Assembly (NCBI GenBank): GCA_001029715.1
Contig: CP011212.1
Coordinates: 195,407-259,406, forward strand
DNA: 64,000 nt
DNA from: a candidate division TM6 bacterium GW2011_GWF2_28_16
GTDB lineage: Bacteria; Patescibacteriota; Microgenomatia; UBA1400; PJMF01
Direction of reading: 5' to 3'
This document shows, one piece after another, positions 48,917-58,471 of this stretch. Below the pieces are notes generated by a model that worked only from the letters and a program-made list of their open reading frames with translations, searched no databases and was not told where the DNA came from. Positions within the stretch are counted from its first letter, which is position 1. Every line of letters starts with the position of its first letter. The position numbers and the translations under genes were made by a program.

Positions 48917-49522
48917 ATGGCAAGATATATTGGCCCAAAACAGAGATTACAGAGGCAAATAGGCGAAGATTTAGGTCTTAAGACCAATGCTTTGAAAACT
49001 GCTCGTAGATTAGCCACTAGACCTGGTCAGCATGGTGCTAAAGGTCGTCGTAAAATTTCTAACTATGGTGTTCAGCTCAAAGAAAAACAAAAATTGAAAT
49101 ATATTTATGGTTTACTTGAAAAGCAATTGCGTGCCACCTATGAAGAGGCTGCAAAAAATCCAGCCGCTACTGGTAGTGCAATGTTGAGTTTCTTAGAGAG
49201 AAGACTTGATAATGTTGTTTATCGTTTGGGTTGGGCTCCTACCAGAGCAGCTGCCAGACAATTAGTTAATCATAATCATTTCACTCTTAATAATAAAAAA
49301 ATGAACGTTCCTTCATATCAGGTGAAAGTTGGCGATATTTTGGCTATGAAAGCTAAAACCGCTAAAATTCCAGCTGTGATGGAAGTCATGAAACAAGAGA
49401 CTAATTTGCCGGCTTGGTTGGAAGCTAAGAATGGCGTTGCTCATGTAGCCAAATTACCAGTAAGAGAAGATATTACTGAAAAAATTGAAGAGCAATTAAT
49501 AGTTGAGTATTACAATAGATAA
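48917..49522 (+). CDS. rpsD: 30S ribosomal protein S4
   Basis: MARYIGP, QLKEKQK, LERRLDNVVYRLG, LIVEYY. Confidence 0.98.
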   Translation: MARYIGPKQRLQRQIGEDLGLKTNALKTARRLATRPGQHGAKGRRKISNYGVQLKEKQKLKYIYGLLEKQLRATYEEAAKNPAATGSAMLSFLERRLDNVVYRLGWAPTRAAARQLVNHNHFTLNNKKMNVPSYQVKVGDILAMKAKTAKIPAVMEVMKQETNLPAWLEAKNGVAHVAKLPVREDITEKIEEQLIVEYYNR

Positions 49523-49580
49523 TTATAAATTACGGAAACGGATTTCTCCAAAAATGGAGAGAGATGAAACAAAGGAAAAT

Positions 49581-50525
49581 ATGTCAAACAAAATCAAAGA
49601 CTACGCAGTCATGAACCCAAGCTTTAGTGTGGTTGAAGTAGAGGCTAGCGCTTCTCGTTCAACTATTGTTATTGAAGCTTTGGAAAGCGGTTATGGTCAC
49701 ACTTTGGGCAATGCTTTGCGCCGTGTGCTTCTAACTTCCTTACCAGGTGCAGCTATTACTAAATTAAGTATCGATGGGGTTGCTCATCAGTTTACTTCTT
49801 ATGAAGGTATGACCGAGGATGTAGTCGAGTTAATTTTAAACTTAAAACAAATTCGTATTAAGTCAGATAGTGATGAGTCTGGTATTTTGAAATTAAACGT
49901 TAAGGGCGCTAAGGAAGTCACAGCTGCTGATGTTGAATGTGAAGCAGGTTTTGAAATTGTTAATAAAGATTTGTATTTAGCTACTTTAGCTAAAGGCAAA
50001 GCTTTGAGTATTGAAATGATTGTTGAGTCAGGAGTTGGTTATAAATTAGCTTCAGAAACTGAGACTGAAGTAGTTGACCAAATTGCTGTTGATGCTCTTT
50101 TTTCTCCAGTCATTAAAGTTTCTTATAAGGTCGAAGCCACTCGTGTTGGTCGTCGTACTGATTTTGATAAAATTGTTTTTGATATTGAAACCAATGGAGC
50201 AATTTCTCCTTTGGACGCTGTCAAACAAGCTGCTGAAATTTTAATCAAACAATTTGATCAAATTCTTCACCCAGTCATCAAAGAAGTCGAAGAAGAACTA
50301 AGTAGTTTAAGTCAAGAAGAAATTGAAACCATGAAGTTGACCGTTGAGGAACTCGACTTGCCAACCAGAATTGCCAACGCTCTTCGTAAGGGTGGTTTCG
50401 AGACAGTTTCTGATTTAACCAAATCGCCAAAAGATGAAATTTCTAGAGTCAAGAATTTAGGTGGTAAGAGTATTGATTTAATCGAAGAAGCTCTTGGTAA
50501 AAAGGGAGTTGTCTTAACTGACTAA
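49581..50525 (+). CDS. rpoA: RNA polymerase alpha subunit
   Basis: GYGHTLGNALRRVLL, DALFSPV, VKNLGGKS; AAAGGA RBS before 49581. Confidence 0.97.
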   Translation: MSNKIKDYAVMNPSFSVVEVEASASRSTIVIEALESGYGHTLGNALRRVLLTSLPGAAITKLSIDGVAHQFTSYEGMTEDVVELILNLKQIRIKSDSDESGILKLNVKGAKEVTAADVECEAGFEIVNKDLYLATLAKGKALSIEMIVESGVGYKLASETETEVVDQIAVDALFSPVIKVSYKVEATRVGRRTDFDKIVFDIETNGAISPLDAVKQAAEILIKQFDQILHPVIKEVEEELSSLSQEEIETMKLTVEELDLPTRIANALRKGGFETVSDLTKSPKDEISRVKNLGGKSIDLIEEALGKKGVVLTD

Positions 50526-50543
50526 GATTTTTGAAAGCTGATT

Positions 50544-51047
50544 ATGAAACATAGAGTAAAAACTAAACATTTCAACAGAGACACCAAGAGTCGTAAGGCT
50601 CTATTGAAGAATTTATTACGTGATCTCTTTGAACATGGTGAAATCAAGACTAGTGAAGCAAGAACTAAAGAGGTAAGAAGATTGGCTGATAAGCTAATCT
50701 CAGTAGCCCAAAAGAACACTTTGGCCGCTCGCAGAGAGTTACATAAGGTTTTTGGCAGAAGAGACGTAGTTAATGCTTTGGTGGATAAAATCGCTCCAAG
50801 TTTTGGCAATAAAAAATCTGGTTTTACTTCTTTAGAAAAAACTGCTCCTAGACGCGGTGACAATATGACTGTTTTTAAACTAAGTTTATTAACAGGTGAT
50901 CTTAAATTGACCACTTTAAAGAAAGAAAAAATTGCTGAGGAAAAGACTGAAGTTAAGGCAAAAGCCAAAGCTCCAGTAGCCAAAGCCAAGCCAGCTGTCA
51001 AAAAAGCTCCAGCTACTAAAGCTAAAAAATCAGAGGAGAAAAAATAA
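50544..51047 (+). CDS. rplQ: 50S ribosomal protein L17 with Lys/Ala tail
   Basis: MKHR, HGEIKTSEAR, RRGDN. Confidence 0.95.
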   Translation: MKHRVKTKHFNRDTKSRKALLKNLLRDLFEHGEIKTSEARTKEVRRLADKLISVAQKNTLAARRELHKVFGRRDVVNALVDKIAPSFGNKKSGFTSLEKTAPRRGDNMTVFKLSLLTGDLKLTTLKKEKIAEEKTEVKAKAKAPVAKAKPAVKKAPATKAKKSEEKK

Positions 51048-51481
51048 TGTTTCAAAAATTTAAAACTTATAGTCAAAAAAAAGAAGAGGTTAAGAGAGAG
51101 TGGTTGCAGTACGATGCTACTGGCAAAGTATTAGGCAGATTGGCTACTGAGATCGCAGAGAAACTAATCGGTAAAGATAAAGTTACTTTCACCCCAAATA
51201 TTGATGGTGGAGATTATGTTGTCTTAATTAATGCTGAAAAAATTGAAGTAACCAGAGATAAAGCTAATAAAAAAGTTTATTCATGGAACACTGGTTTCCC
51301 AGGTGGACTGAGACAGCGCACTTTTGCTGAAATGCTGGCCAAAAACCCAGAAAAATTGATCAAAAGAGCAGTCAAAAACATGATGCCAAAGAATAGATTG
51401 AGAGATGAAAGACTGAATAGATTGAAGGTTATCGTTGGTAGTGAGAATCCATACCAAGGAATGATAAAAAAGGCAAAATAA
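51047..51481 (+). CDS. rplM: 50S ribosomal protein L13
   Basis: DATGKVLGRLA, GDYVVLINA, AVKNMMPKN. Confidence 0.97.
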   Translation: MFQKFKTYSQKKEEVKREWLQYDATGKVLGRLATEIAEKLIGKDKVTFTPNIDGGDYVVLINAEKIEVTRDKANKKVYSWNTGFPGGLRQRTFAEMLAKNPEKLIKRAVKNMMPKNRLRDERLNRLKVIVGSENPYQGMIKKAK

Positions 51482-51482
51482 T

Positions 51483-51998
51483 ATGGCAATAAGAATGAAC
51501 AAGAAAAACGCTAAGGCTAAAAAAGTAATTAAAAAAATAATTGCTCCAAAAGTTGTTAGTAAGAAAAAAACAGTTGAAGCCGAAAAAAACTTCAAGATCC
51601 CAAAAAGTAAATATTTTGAAGCAATGGGGCGTCGCAAAGTTGCCAGTGCTAGAGTTCGTATTTATGAAGGTCAAGGTGATTTTGTAGTTAACAATCTATT
51701 GGTGTCTGAATATTTTAAAAATGTTAGAAATGCTCCAGCTATTTACATGAAGCCTTTTGAGTTAACCGGTACTAAGGGAAAATTCTCAGTTACTGTGAAA
51801 ATTTCTGGATCAGGACTAGATGCTCAATTAGATGCTTTGTTAAATGGTGTAGCTAAAGCTTTAGTTGCTTTCAATCCAGATTTCCGTACTTTCTTAAAGC
51901 CAGCTGGTTTATTAACCAGAGATGACAGAATGAAAGAAACTAGAAAAATGGGCATGGGTGGTAAAGCTAGAAGAAAGCGTCAATCTCCAAAACGTTAA
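51483..51998 (+). CDS. rpsI: 30S ribosomal protein S9
   Basis: GRRKVASARV, GLLTRD, KARRKRQSPKR. Confidence 0.97.
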   Translation: MAIRMNKKNAKAKKVIKKIIAPKVVSKKKTVEAEKNFKIPKSKYFEAMGRRKVASARVRIYEGQGDFVVNNLLVSEYFKNVRNAPAIYMKPFELTGTKGKFSVTVKISGSGLDAQLDALLNGVAKALVAFNPDFRTFLKPAGLLTRDDRMKETRKMGMGGKARRKRQSPKR

Positions 51999-52050
51999 AC
52001 TTATCTCGTCCTCCGTCTCCACTCCGGACATTCCCTCGCAAAGCTCGGTC

Positions 52051-52080
52051 AAAAAAACCCGCTCTTTTGAGCGGGTTTTT
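52051..52080. terminator. Bidirectional Rho-independent terminator between rpsI and hup
   Basis: AAAAAAACCCGCTC-tttt-GAGCGGGTTTTT. Confidence 0.85.
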
Positions 52081-52104
52081 AAATTCATTCCATTAAGAAT
52101 TGCG

Positions 52105-52268
52105 ATATTTTTAGCACTTAAACTCATGTCCATTGAAGGAGCTGATCTATAAAACATAAATTAGCACTTACGTAATGGAACAGCGACTTCACTGAGTGAG
52201 ACAAAGATTGATGCTTAAAAAAGCAAACAATTTTAGTCGAACGTGACTGAGTTTAAGTGCAAAAATAT
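52105..52268. repeat. 164-nt structured element, copy B
   Basis: Terminal stem ATATTTTT(a)GCACTTAAACTCA(t)GTC / GACTGAGTTTAAGTGCAAAAATAT; core is an inverted homolog of 19318-19435. Confidence 0.75.
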
Positions 52269-52269
52269 A

Positions 52270-52545
52270 TTACCAAACTTCTTTTTTAAGAGGTTTGCCA
52301 ACACGGAAGTTAATGACCTTATGTCCTTTAACTAATTGTCTCTTAGCTTTATCGCCAAAAGGTTCGACGTGCTTATCATTGACTTTATTTACATAAAAAG
52401 TACCAAAGCCGGATAAAACGACTTTATCGCCTTTTTTCAAACTGCGAATGATTTCTTCAAACAATGACTCAACTGCTTCTGAGGAAGCTTTCTTGGTCAA
52501 ATGAGCTTTTTTGGCGACGACATTAATCAAATCTGATTTTGTCAT
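52270..52545 (-). CDS. hup: DNA-binding protein HU
   Basis: MTKSDLI, LSGFGTF, FRVGKPLK. Confidence 0.92.
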   Translation of the reverse strand: MTKSDLINVVAKKAHLTKKASSEAVESLFEEIIRSLKKGDKVVLSGFGTFYVNKVNDKHVEPFGDKAKRQLVKGHKVINFRVGKPLKKEVW

Positions 52546-52632
52546 GATGGCCTTTCTATAATAATTGGTTCAAAAGAACCTGTTAAATACTATCCCAAGT
52601 GTACTATTTTGATTTAGTAAGTCAAGAAGTAA

Positions 52633-53022
52633 TTAGATCAATTTTAGTTGATATAACAATGCAGTTGTCACTCCAAGCATATCATAGCCCATATCTCTCA
52701 AAGTGGGGTATCTACCCGGAACGGTGCTTTGATGAAGCTCATCAGTTAAAGAATAAATTAGACTAATTAAAAGTGGAAATAAATAACTTTTGCGAGTGAT
52801 TTTTTTACCATTTGTTTTTTGGTAAGCTCTAAAAAGTAATAGATATAGAATAGCGTAAACAAACATGTGAGCGCTCTTTTTGAAAATGAAATCGTAAACT
52901 GATACTGAAAAACCAGGCAATACTTCTTGTGCTGATAAAACAAAAATAAAAGCAGCCCAAAGAGTTGGAACTGAATAAGCTAGAAAATAGGTTTTAATAG
53001 TGTTTACTTTTAACTTTGGCAT
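52633..53022 (-). CDS. VanZ family membrane protein
   Basis: KSAHMFVY, DELHQSTVPGR, D...D pattern. Confidence 0.85.
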   Translation of the reverse strand: MPKLKVNTIKTYFLAYSVPTLWAAFIFVLSAQEVLPGFSVSVYDFIFKKSAHMFVYAILYLLLFRAYQKTNGKKITRKSYLFPLLISLIYSLTDELHQSTVPGRYPTLRDMGYDMLGVTTALLYQLKLI

Positions 53023-53680
53023 AAATGAGAAATAGAGCACTAAGAATAATTAAGGAACTTCCAATTATAGCACCTAGGACCTCTGCTTGTCCTTGCTTTT
53101 TTCCAAAGAAAACCAAACGTCCTACTCGGTTTTCAAATATTTTATCTTGACTTTCTAACTTAATTTTACTGAGGTCGTAGTAATGGTATTTTTTACTTTT
53201 TTTTGGAGATGGAGCTGGATTTGTAGGGCTAGCAGTTGGAATTGTAGAGAGGGTTGGCGTTGGAGTTGCAGTTGGACTTATAGTCGGATTCGGTTCTTCA
53301 GTGGGAGCAAGTGTTATTAGCGGATTTACTAGGTTACAACTAGCTTCACTTAATGAAAAAATACTCGAATCAATTTCTCTTGCCCAGCTCAAGCCTTTTT
53401 CGGTTTCTAGGTAGCTAAAGGAATCGATGATATTTCCTGTAGCATTTTTAATAATAACACTGTCTTGGTCATTATTCAGTCCACTGACTTCTACAACTAA
53501 TAATTGATTAAGGAATTGCTCATCACCGCTAAATCTATAGATTTGGTGATAACTGTCAAAAATAGTGTAATCTTCTATACTAAAATCTTCAGCAATCTTT
53601 TCAGTGACAATCAGCTCTACCCATTCACTACCGGTTTCTGGATTTGGATAGACTTCATTGATTAGAATTTGTGGCTCCAC
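52994..53680 (-). CDS. Lamin-tail-domain protein with Pro/Thr linker and C-terminal TM anchor
   Basis: ILINEVYPNP..GSEWVEL, LNNDQDSV, PT-rich repeat, EVLGA + TM + basic tail. Confidence 0.75.
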   Translation of the reverse strand: MEPQILINEVYPNPETGSEWVELIVTEKIAEDFSIEDYTIFDSYHQIYRFSGDEQFLNQLLVVEVSGLNNDQDSVIIKNATGNIIDSFSYLETEKGLSWAREIDSSIFSLSEASCNLVNPLITLAPTEEPNPTISPTATPTPTLSTIPTASPTNPAPSPKKSKKYHYYDLSKIKLESQDKIFENRVGRLVFFGKKQGQAEVLGAIIGSSLIILSALFLIYAKVKSKHY

Positions 53681-53789
53681 TTTTTTATTATTTCATCTCC
53701 AGTTTGCAATAAGTGTGACAATGTTGCACTTGTATTATTTATATTTCTTTGTTAAAAGTTAAACTAATACAAATTACAAAAAGTAACCT

Positions 53790-54170
53790 ATGAAAAAAAT
53801 TCTTCCACTATTGCTAGCATTACTTTTGGTTCCTGCCTTTTATTTTTACCAAAAATCCAATCAACTAGTTCAACAAGAAAAAGCCACAGAGGAAACCAGC
53901 CCGTCTCCATCAACAAATAAATACTCCCTTGCTGAAATAGAAAAACACAATACCAAAGATAATTGTTGGTTTGCCGTCAGTGGTAAAGTTTATGACGTCA
54001 CTCCATACGTAGCTAGTGGCATGCATCCTGGTAAGGAAGCTATATTAGAAGGTTGTGGTAAAGACGCCACTGTTCTATTTAATACCCGTCCAATGGGTTC
54101 TGGCACAGCACATTCTGATAGAGCTAGAGACTACTTAAACAACTTCCAAATTGGTGATTTACAGGAGTAA
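53790..54170 (+). CDS. Membrane-anchored cytochrome b5-like heme/steroid-binding protein
   Basis: EIEKHN..DNCW, GKVYDVT, HPG, CGKDAT, second His HS. Confidence 0.85.
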   Translation: MKKILPLLLALLLVPAFYFYQKSNQLVQQEKATEETSPSPSTNKYSLAEIEKHNTKDNCWFAVSGKVYDVTPYVASGMHPGKEAILEGCGKDATVLFNTRPMGSGTAHSDRARDYLNNFQIGDLQE

Positions 54171-54188
54171 TTTTAGTCTTTACGCATC

Positions 54189-54225
54189 TTGAAATTAGAG
54201 CATATATAGATTATGATCTATATAT
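54189..54225 (+). promoter_or_regulatory. Promoter of arsR-suf operon overlapped by palindromic operator
   Basis: TTGAAA (54189-54194), 17 nt, TATGAT (54212-54217); perfect 10-bp inverted repeat ATATATAGAT/ATCTATATAT. Confidence 0.7.
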
Positions 54226-54226
54226 T

Positions 54227-54508
54227 ATGCAAGCTACTTTCTGTAATCATTGTTTCTCTAATTTAGCTGTTGATTCACGGATGAAAATTTTTATCTTTCT
54301 TAAAGATAATGGTCCTAAAACTGTTTCCGAAATTGTCAAACAAACTTCGCTTAGTCAGCCAACTATTTCTTATCATCTTAAAAGCATGAGTGAGGCTGGT
54401 CTTCTTTCAAAGCAGAGAGAGGGCAAGGAAATTTATTATAAGGTCAATAAAGATTGTCCAAATAATAAGAAAATTTGTATGCTTAAACAAATGGATTTCA
54501 GTAATTAA
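54227..54508 (+). CDS. ArsR/SmtB family transcriptional regulator with four Cys
   Basis: LAVDSRMKI, LSQPTISYHL, GLLSKQREGKEIYY; CNHC at N-terminus and C-x6-C at C-terminus. Confidence 0.88.
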   Translation: MQATFCNHCFSNLAVDSRMKIFIFLKDNGPKTVSEIVKQTSLSQPTISYHLKSMSEAGLLSKQREGKEIYYKVNKDCPNNKKICMLKQMDFSN

Positions 54509-54525
54509 TTTTTTAAAGGAGTCCC

Positions 54526-55257
54526 GTGTTCAAAATAAAAAATCTTCAAATTTCATTAAATAAAAAAAATATCTTAGATAAAATTGATTTATCAATCAAA
54601 GATGGTGACACACATATTTTAATGGGCCAAAATGGCGCCGGAAAAAGTACTCTTGCTCAAAGCATCATGGGCAATCCAAATTATTTGGTAAAAGGTGAAA
54701 TTTCCTTTAACTCTCATGATTTACTCAAATTAGATCCACAGCAAAGAGCTGCTCTTGGAATATTTTTATCTTTTCAACAAATTCTGGAAATTCCTGGAGT
54801 GAAAATTTATGATTATTTGAAATTGCTCTATAAAACTAGCCACGAAAAGAAGTTTACCCCATTGAAATTTAAAGAGTTCTTAAAAGAAAGAATGGCGATT
54901 CTGAACTTTAATGAAGAGTTTTTGACAAGATCATTGAATTATGGCTTTTCTGGCGGTGAAAAAAAGAAAATGGAAGTTTTGCAAATGTTAGTTTTAGAAC
55001 CAAAACTAATTATTTTGGACGAAATTGATAGTGGTTTAGACATTGATGCCATTCAAGCGGTAGCCAAAGCAGTGAACTTTTTGAAAAAAGAAAAACAGAG
55101 CTCAGTACTACTGATTACACATTATTCTAGAATTTTATCTTTTCTGAATATTGATGTAGTGCACTTATTAAGTAAGGGAAAAATTATTAAAACTGGTTCC
55201 AATGATTTAGTTACAGAAATTGAAGAAAAAGGCTTTGCTAATTTTCTTAAAGCATAA
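54526..55257 (+). CDS. sufC: Fe-S assembly ATPase SufC
   Basis: MGQNGAGKSTL, GFSGGEKKK, LDEIDSGLDID, ITHY. Confidence 0.95.
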   Translation: MFKIKNLQISLNKKNILDKIDLSIKDGDTHILMGQNGAGKSTLAQSIMGNPNYLVKGEISFNSHDLLKLDPQQRAALGIFLSFQQILEIPGVKIYDYLKLLYKTSHEKKFTPLKFKEFLKERMAILNFNEEFLTRSLNYGFSGGEKKKMEVLQMLVLEPKLIILDEIDSGLDIDAIQAVAKAVNFLKKEKQSSVLLITHYSRILSFLNIDVVHLLSKGKIIKTGSNDLVTEIEEKGFANFLKA

Positions 55258-55266
55258 AGATATTGC

Positions 55267-56676
55267 ATGAAACGAACCAATCTCAAAAAACTCAATGATG
55301 CTTATGCCGATAAATTTGGATTTTCTATGCCAGAGAAATCGGTTTTGAGTTTTGACTTTGGTCTTTCGCAAAAAATTATCAGTGATATTTCTACCAGCAA
55401 AAATGAGCCCCCATGGATGAGGGAATTTCGTCAAAAATCTCTGCAAGTTTTTAGAAAAATGAAGTTGCCAAGTTGGGGCCCAAGTTTAGCAGAAATTGAC
55501 TTTGAACAAATCCGTTATTTTATTAAAGACACTGATGTGGAAAAGAAAACTTGGGCGGAAGTGCCTAAAGAAATCAAAGACACATTTGATCGTTTAGGAG
55601 TTCCGCAAGCAGAAAGAGAGTTTTTAGCTGGAGTGAAAGCTCAATATAATAGCGAAGTAGCTTATTCTTCCTTGCAAGCAGAACTAGATGAACAAGGAGT
55701 AATTTTTTGTTCAATGGAAGAGGCTCTGCAAAAACACAGCGATCTTTTTAAAGAATATTTTGGCAAACTGGTTCCTGCCGCTGATAACAAATTTGCTGCT
55801 CTTAATAGCGCAGCTTGGTCAGGTGGTTCTTTTGTTTATATTCCCCCAAACACACACGTCAAGAGGCCTCTACAGAGCTATTTTCGTATTAACGCTGCTC
55901 GCATGGGTCAGTTTGAGAGAACTCTGATTATTGCTGATGAAGGTTCTAGTGCTAATTATGTAGAAGGTTGCACTGCACCGGTTTACAGTGAATATTCGCT
56001 TCACGCTGCAGTAGTAGAAGTTTTTGTGAAAAAGAACGCTCGCTTTCGTTATACTACCATCCAAAATTGGTCAGGAAATATTTATAACTTAGTAACTAAG
56101 CGTGCTAAGGTTTTTAAAGATGGTGTCATGGAATGGATCGATGGCAATTTAGGAGCCAAAACCACCATGAAATATCCTAGCTGTTATTTAGCAGAAGAAG
56201 GTGCTTATGGAGAAATGCTCTCTATCGCTTATGCTAAAAATAATCAGATTCAAGACACTGGTGCAAAAATGTTACATTTGGCCAAAAATACTTCATCTAA
56301 GATCATTGCTAAATCAGTCAGTCTTGGTGGAGGGCAAAGCAATTACAGAGGTTTAGTTTATATTTCTAAAGCAGCGGTTGATAGTAAAAGCAAAGTGGAA
56401 TGTGACGCATTAATTTTAGACAAAGATTCTGCGACTTGCACTTACCCAGATATGAAAGTTTCTGGTGAGAATGCAACCATGGAGCATGAGGCGAGTGTGA
56501 GTGAGATAGAAGAAGAAAAACTTTTTTATTTAATGAGTCGTGGTTTAACTAAAACTGAGGCTATGACTTTGTTGGTCGCAGGTTTCATTGAACCAATTGT
56601 TAAAGAATTACCGCTTGAATATGCTGTTGAACTCAATCGTTTAATTGAGTTAGAAATGGAAGGGAGCGTAGGTTAA
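55267..56676 (+). CDS. sufB: Fe-S assembly scaffold SufB
   Basis: GQFERTLII, YVEGCTAP, TIQNWS, LPLEYAVELNRLI, MEGSVG. Confidence 0.97.
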   Translation: MKRTNLKKLNDAYADKFGFSMPEKSVLSFDFGLSQKIISDISTSKNEPPWMREFRQKSLQVFRKMKLPSWGPSLAEIDFEQIRYFIKDTDVEKKTWAEVPKEIKDTFDRLGVPQAEREFLAGVKAQYNSEVAYSSLQAELDEQGVIFCSMEEALQKHSDLFKEYFGKLVPAADNKFAALNSAAWSGGSFVYIPPNTHVKRPLQSYFRINAARMGQFERTLIIADEGSSANYVEGCTAPVYSEYSLHAAVVEVFVKKNARFRYTTIQNWSGNIYNLVTKRAKVFKDGVMEWIDGNLGAKTTMKYPSCYLAEEGAYGEMLSIAYAKNNQIQDTGAKMLHLAKNTSSKIIAKSVSLGGGQSNYRGLVYISKAAVDSKSKVECDALILDKDSATCTYPDMKVSGENATMEHEASVSEIEEEKLFYLMSRGLTKTEAMTLLVAGFIEPIVKELPLEYAVELNRLIELEMEGSVG

Positions 56677-57263
56677 TGCAAATGGTTCTATTAGAAAAGC
56701 AAACTGAATTCACCCTAGAACCAAAGGTAGATACTTTTTATTTGGTTTTGTTGGATAAAAATGTAGAGCAAGGCAATATTAAAGTTGATGTATCTTTTAA
56801 GAAAGCAGGTGTTTCATGCCAATTACTTTTTCTTGGTCGTTTGAAAAATAATAGTAGTTGGCAATTAGAAAGTAATACGAGGCATTTTGTGACTGGAACG
56901 AGTTGTTTGACCAATGTCTATTTAAGTCAAAGTGAAGAATCTAGAGTTGATTATTTTGGGCAAATTTATATTGATCGTTTAGCTTCTCAAACAAAATCAT
57001 TTTTAAAAGAACAAAGTTTGATATTGGGTAAAGCCACTTACAATCGCTCTCGCCCAATTTTAGAGATTTTTAATAATAAAGTTAAAGCCTCTCACAGTGC
57101 TAGTAGCAGTAGATTGAGTGAAGCCGATCTTTTTTATTTAATGAGCCGCGGTTTTAAAAAAGTAGAAGCGCAAAAGATTTTAGAAGAAGCTTTTTTTAAC
57201 AAGGTTTTAGATTCGATTAAAGTAGAATTGGCACGTAAACTAATTAAGGATTATTTATGTTAG
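56676..57263 (+). CDS. sufD: SufD-like protein (short)
   Basis: PILEI..N.VKASHSAS, LFYLMSRG. Confidence 0.8.
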   Translation: MQMVLLEKQTEFTLEPKVDTFYLVLLDKNVEQGNIKVDVSFKKAGVSCQLLFLGRLKNNSSWQLESNTRHFVTGTSCLTNVYLSQSEESRVDYFGQIYIDRLASQTKSFLKEQSLILGKATYNRSRPILEIFNNKVKASHSASSSRLSEADLFYLMSRGFKKVEAQKILEEAFFNKVLDSIKVELARKLIKDYLC

Positions 57264-58471
57264 ATATTGAAAAAATAAAAAAAGATTTTCCAATTTTTGC
57301 TAATCATAAAAAATTAATTTATTTGGATAGTGCTGCTACTAGTCAAAAACCACAAATAGTAATCGACAGAATTGCTAAATTTTATAGTAGCGAGAATGCT
57401 AATGTGCATCGGGGTGTTCATCCTCTGAGTGAGCAAGCAAGCGAAGCTTACGATTTAGCGAGAAAAAAAGTGGCTAATTTCATTGGCGCTAAAAGTAATA
57501 GAGAAATAATTTTTACCAAAGGTACAACTGAATCACTAAACTTAGTGGCACAAAGTTTTGCTTTGGAAAATTTAAAAAATGGTGATGAAATTTTAGTTAC
57601 TGACTTTGAACATCACAGTAATCTTTTACCTTGGCAAATGGTTTGCCAAAAGACTGGCGCAATTTTAAAAATTTTAAATAGCGATGAAGCTGGTTTTATT
57701 GGTCCACAGGAATTAAAAAACAAGTTGAATAAAAAAACTAAAATAGTCGCTGTCGCTCACGCCTCAAATGTTTTGGGAATAATCAGCGATATTAAAAAAA
57801 TTGCTAAGATAGTTCACAATGTTGGGGCAGTTTTAGTGGTTGATGGTGCACAAGCCATTCCGCATTTGCAAGTTAATGTGCAAGACTTAGATTGTGATTT
57901 TTACGCTTTCAGTGGACATAAAATGTTAGCCCCAATGGGCATTGGTGTTTTATATGTTAGAGAAGAAATTCTAGCCGAGATGTTTCCTTACCAATTAGGT
58001 GGCGGAATGATTGAGGAAGTTACTTTTGAAAAAGTAACTTTTGCTGATTATCCAGAAAAATTTGAAGCTGGCACACCTAATGTAGCCGGAGCAATTGCAC
58101 TAGCAAGTGCAGTGGATTATTTATCAGCAATTGGTTTGGAAGAAATTAGAAAACATGAAATTGAATTAAGTAAATATTTGTTAGATGGTCTAAGTAAAAT
58201 AAAAGAGGTCAAACTTTTAGGCAATGCTTCTGCCAAAGAACGTACTGGTTTAGTTTCTTTTTATGTTGAAGATATTCATGCTCATGATTTGAGTGACTTT
58301 TTAGCTAAGCAGGGTTTAGCTTTGCGTGCTGGTTTTCACTGCAGCATGCCACTTCATCAAAGCCGTCACTGTGGTGCTACACTACGAGCTTCTTATTATT
58401 TGTATAATAACGAACAAGACTTAAAATCTTTATTTAATAATTTAAAAAAGGCAATTGCTTACTATGGATGA
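57257..58471 (+). CDS. sufS: Cysteine desulfurase SufS
   Basis: YLDSAATSQKP, NVHRG, FSGHK, FEAGTP, RAGFHC. Confidence 0.95.
   Translation: MLDIEKIKKDFPIFANHKKLIYLDSAATSQKPQIVIDRIAKFYSSENANVHRGVHPLSEQASEAYDLARKKVANFIGAKSNREIIFTKGTTESLNLVAQSFALENLKNGDEILVTDFEHHSNLLPWQMVCQKTGAILKILNSDEAGFIGPQELKNKLNKKTKIVAVAHASNVLGIISDIKKIAKIVHNVGAVLVVDGAQAIPHLQVNVQDLDCDFYAFSGHKMLAPMGIGVLYVREEILAEMFPYQLGGGMIEEVTFEKVTFADYPEKFEAGTPNVAGAIALASAVDYLSAIGLEEIRKHEIELSKYLLDGLSKIKEVKLLGNASAKERTGLVSFYVEDIHAHDLSDFLAKQGLALRAGFHCSMPLHQSRHCGATLRASYYLYNNEQDLKSLFNNLKKAIAYYG

Noticed and set aside
49543-49563. Hairpin TTTCTCCA-aaaa-TGGAGAGA between rpsD and rpoA
   Set aside because: A single short stem with no second copy or covariation evidence
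51912-52157. ORFs spanning the rpsI end, terminator and element B (51912-52157 minus, 51958-52152 plus)
   Set aside because: They cross a terminator and non-coding structure and show no protein-like features
52111-52170. TTAGCACTT twice, resembling a CIRCE half-site
   Set aside because: No GAGTGCTAA half 9 nt downstream and no heat-shock gene nearby; these words belong to the structured element
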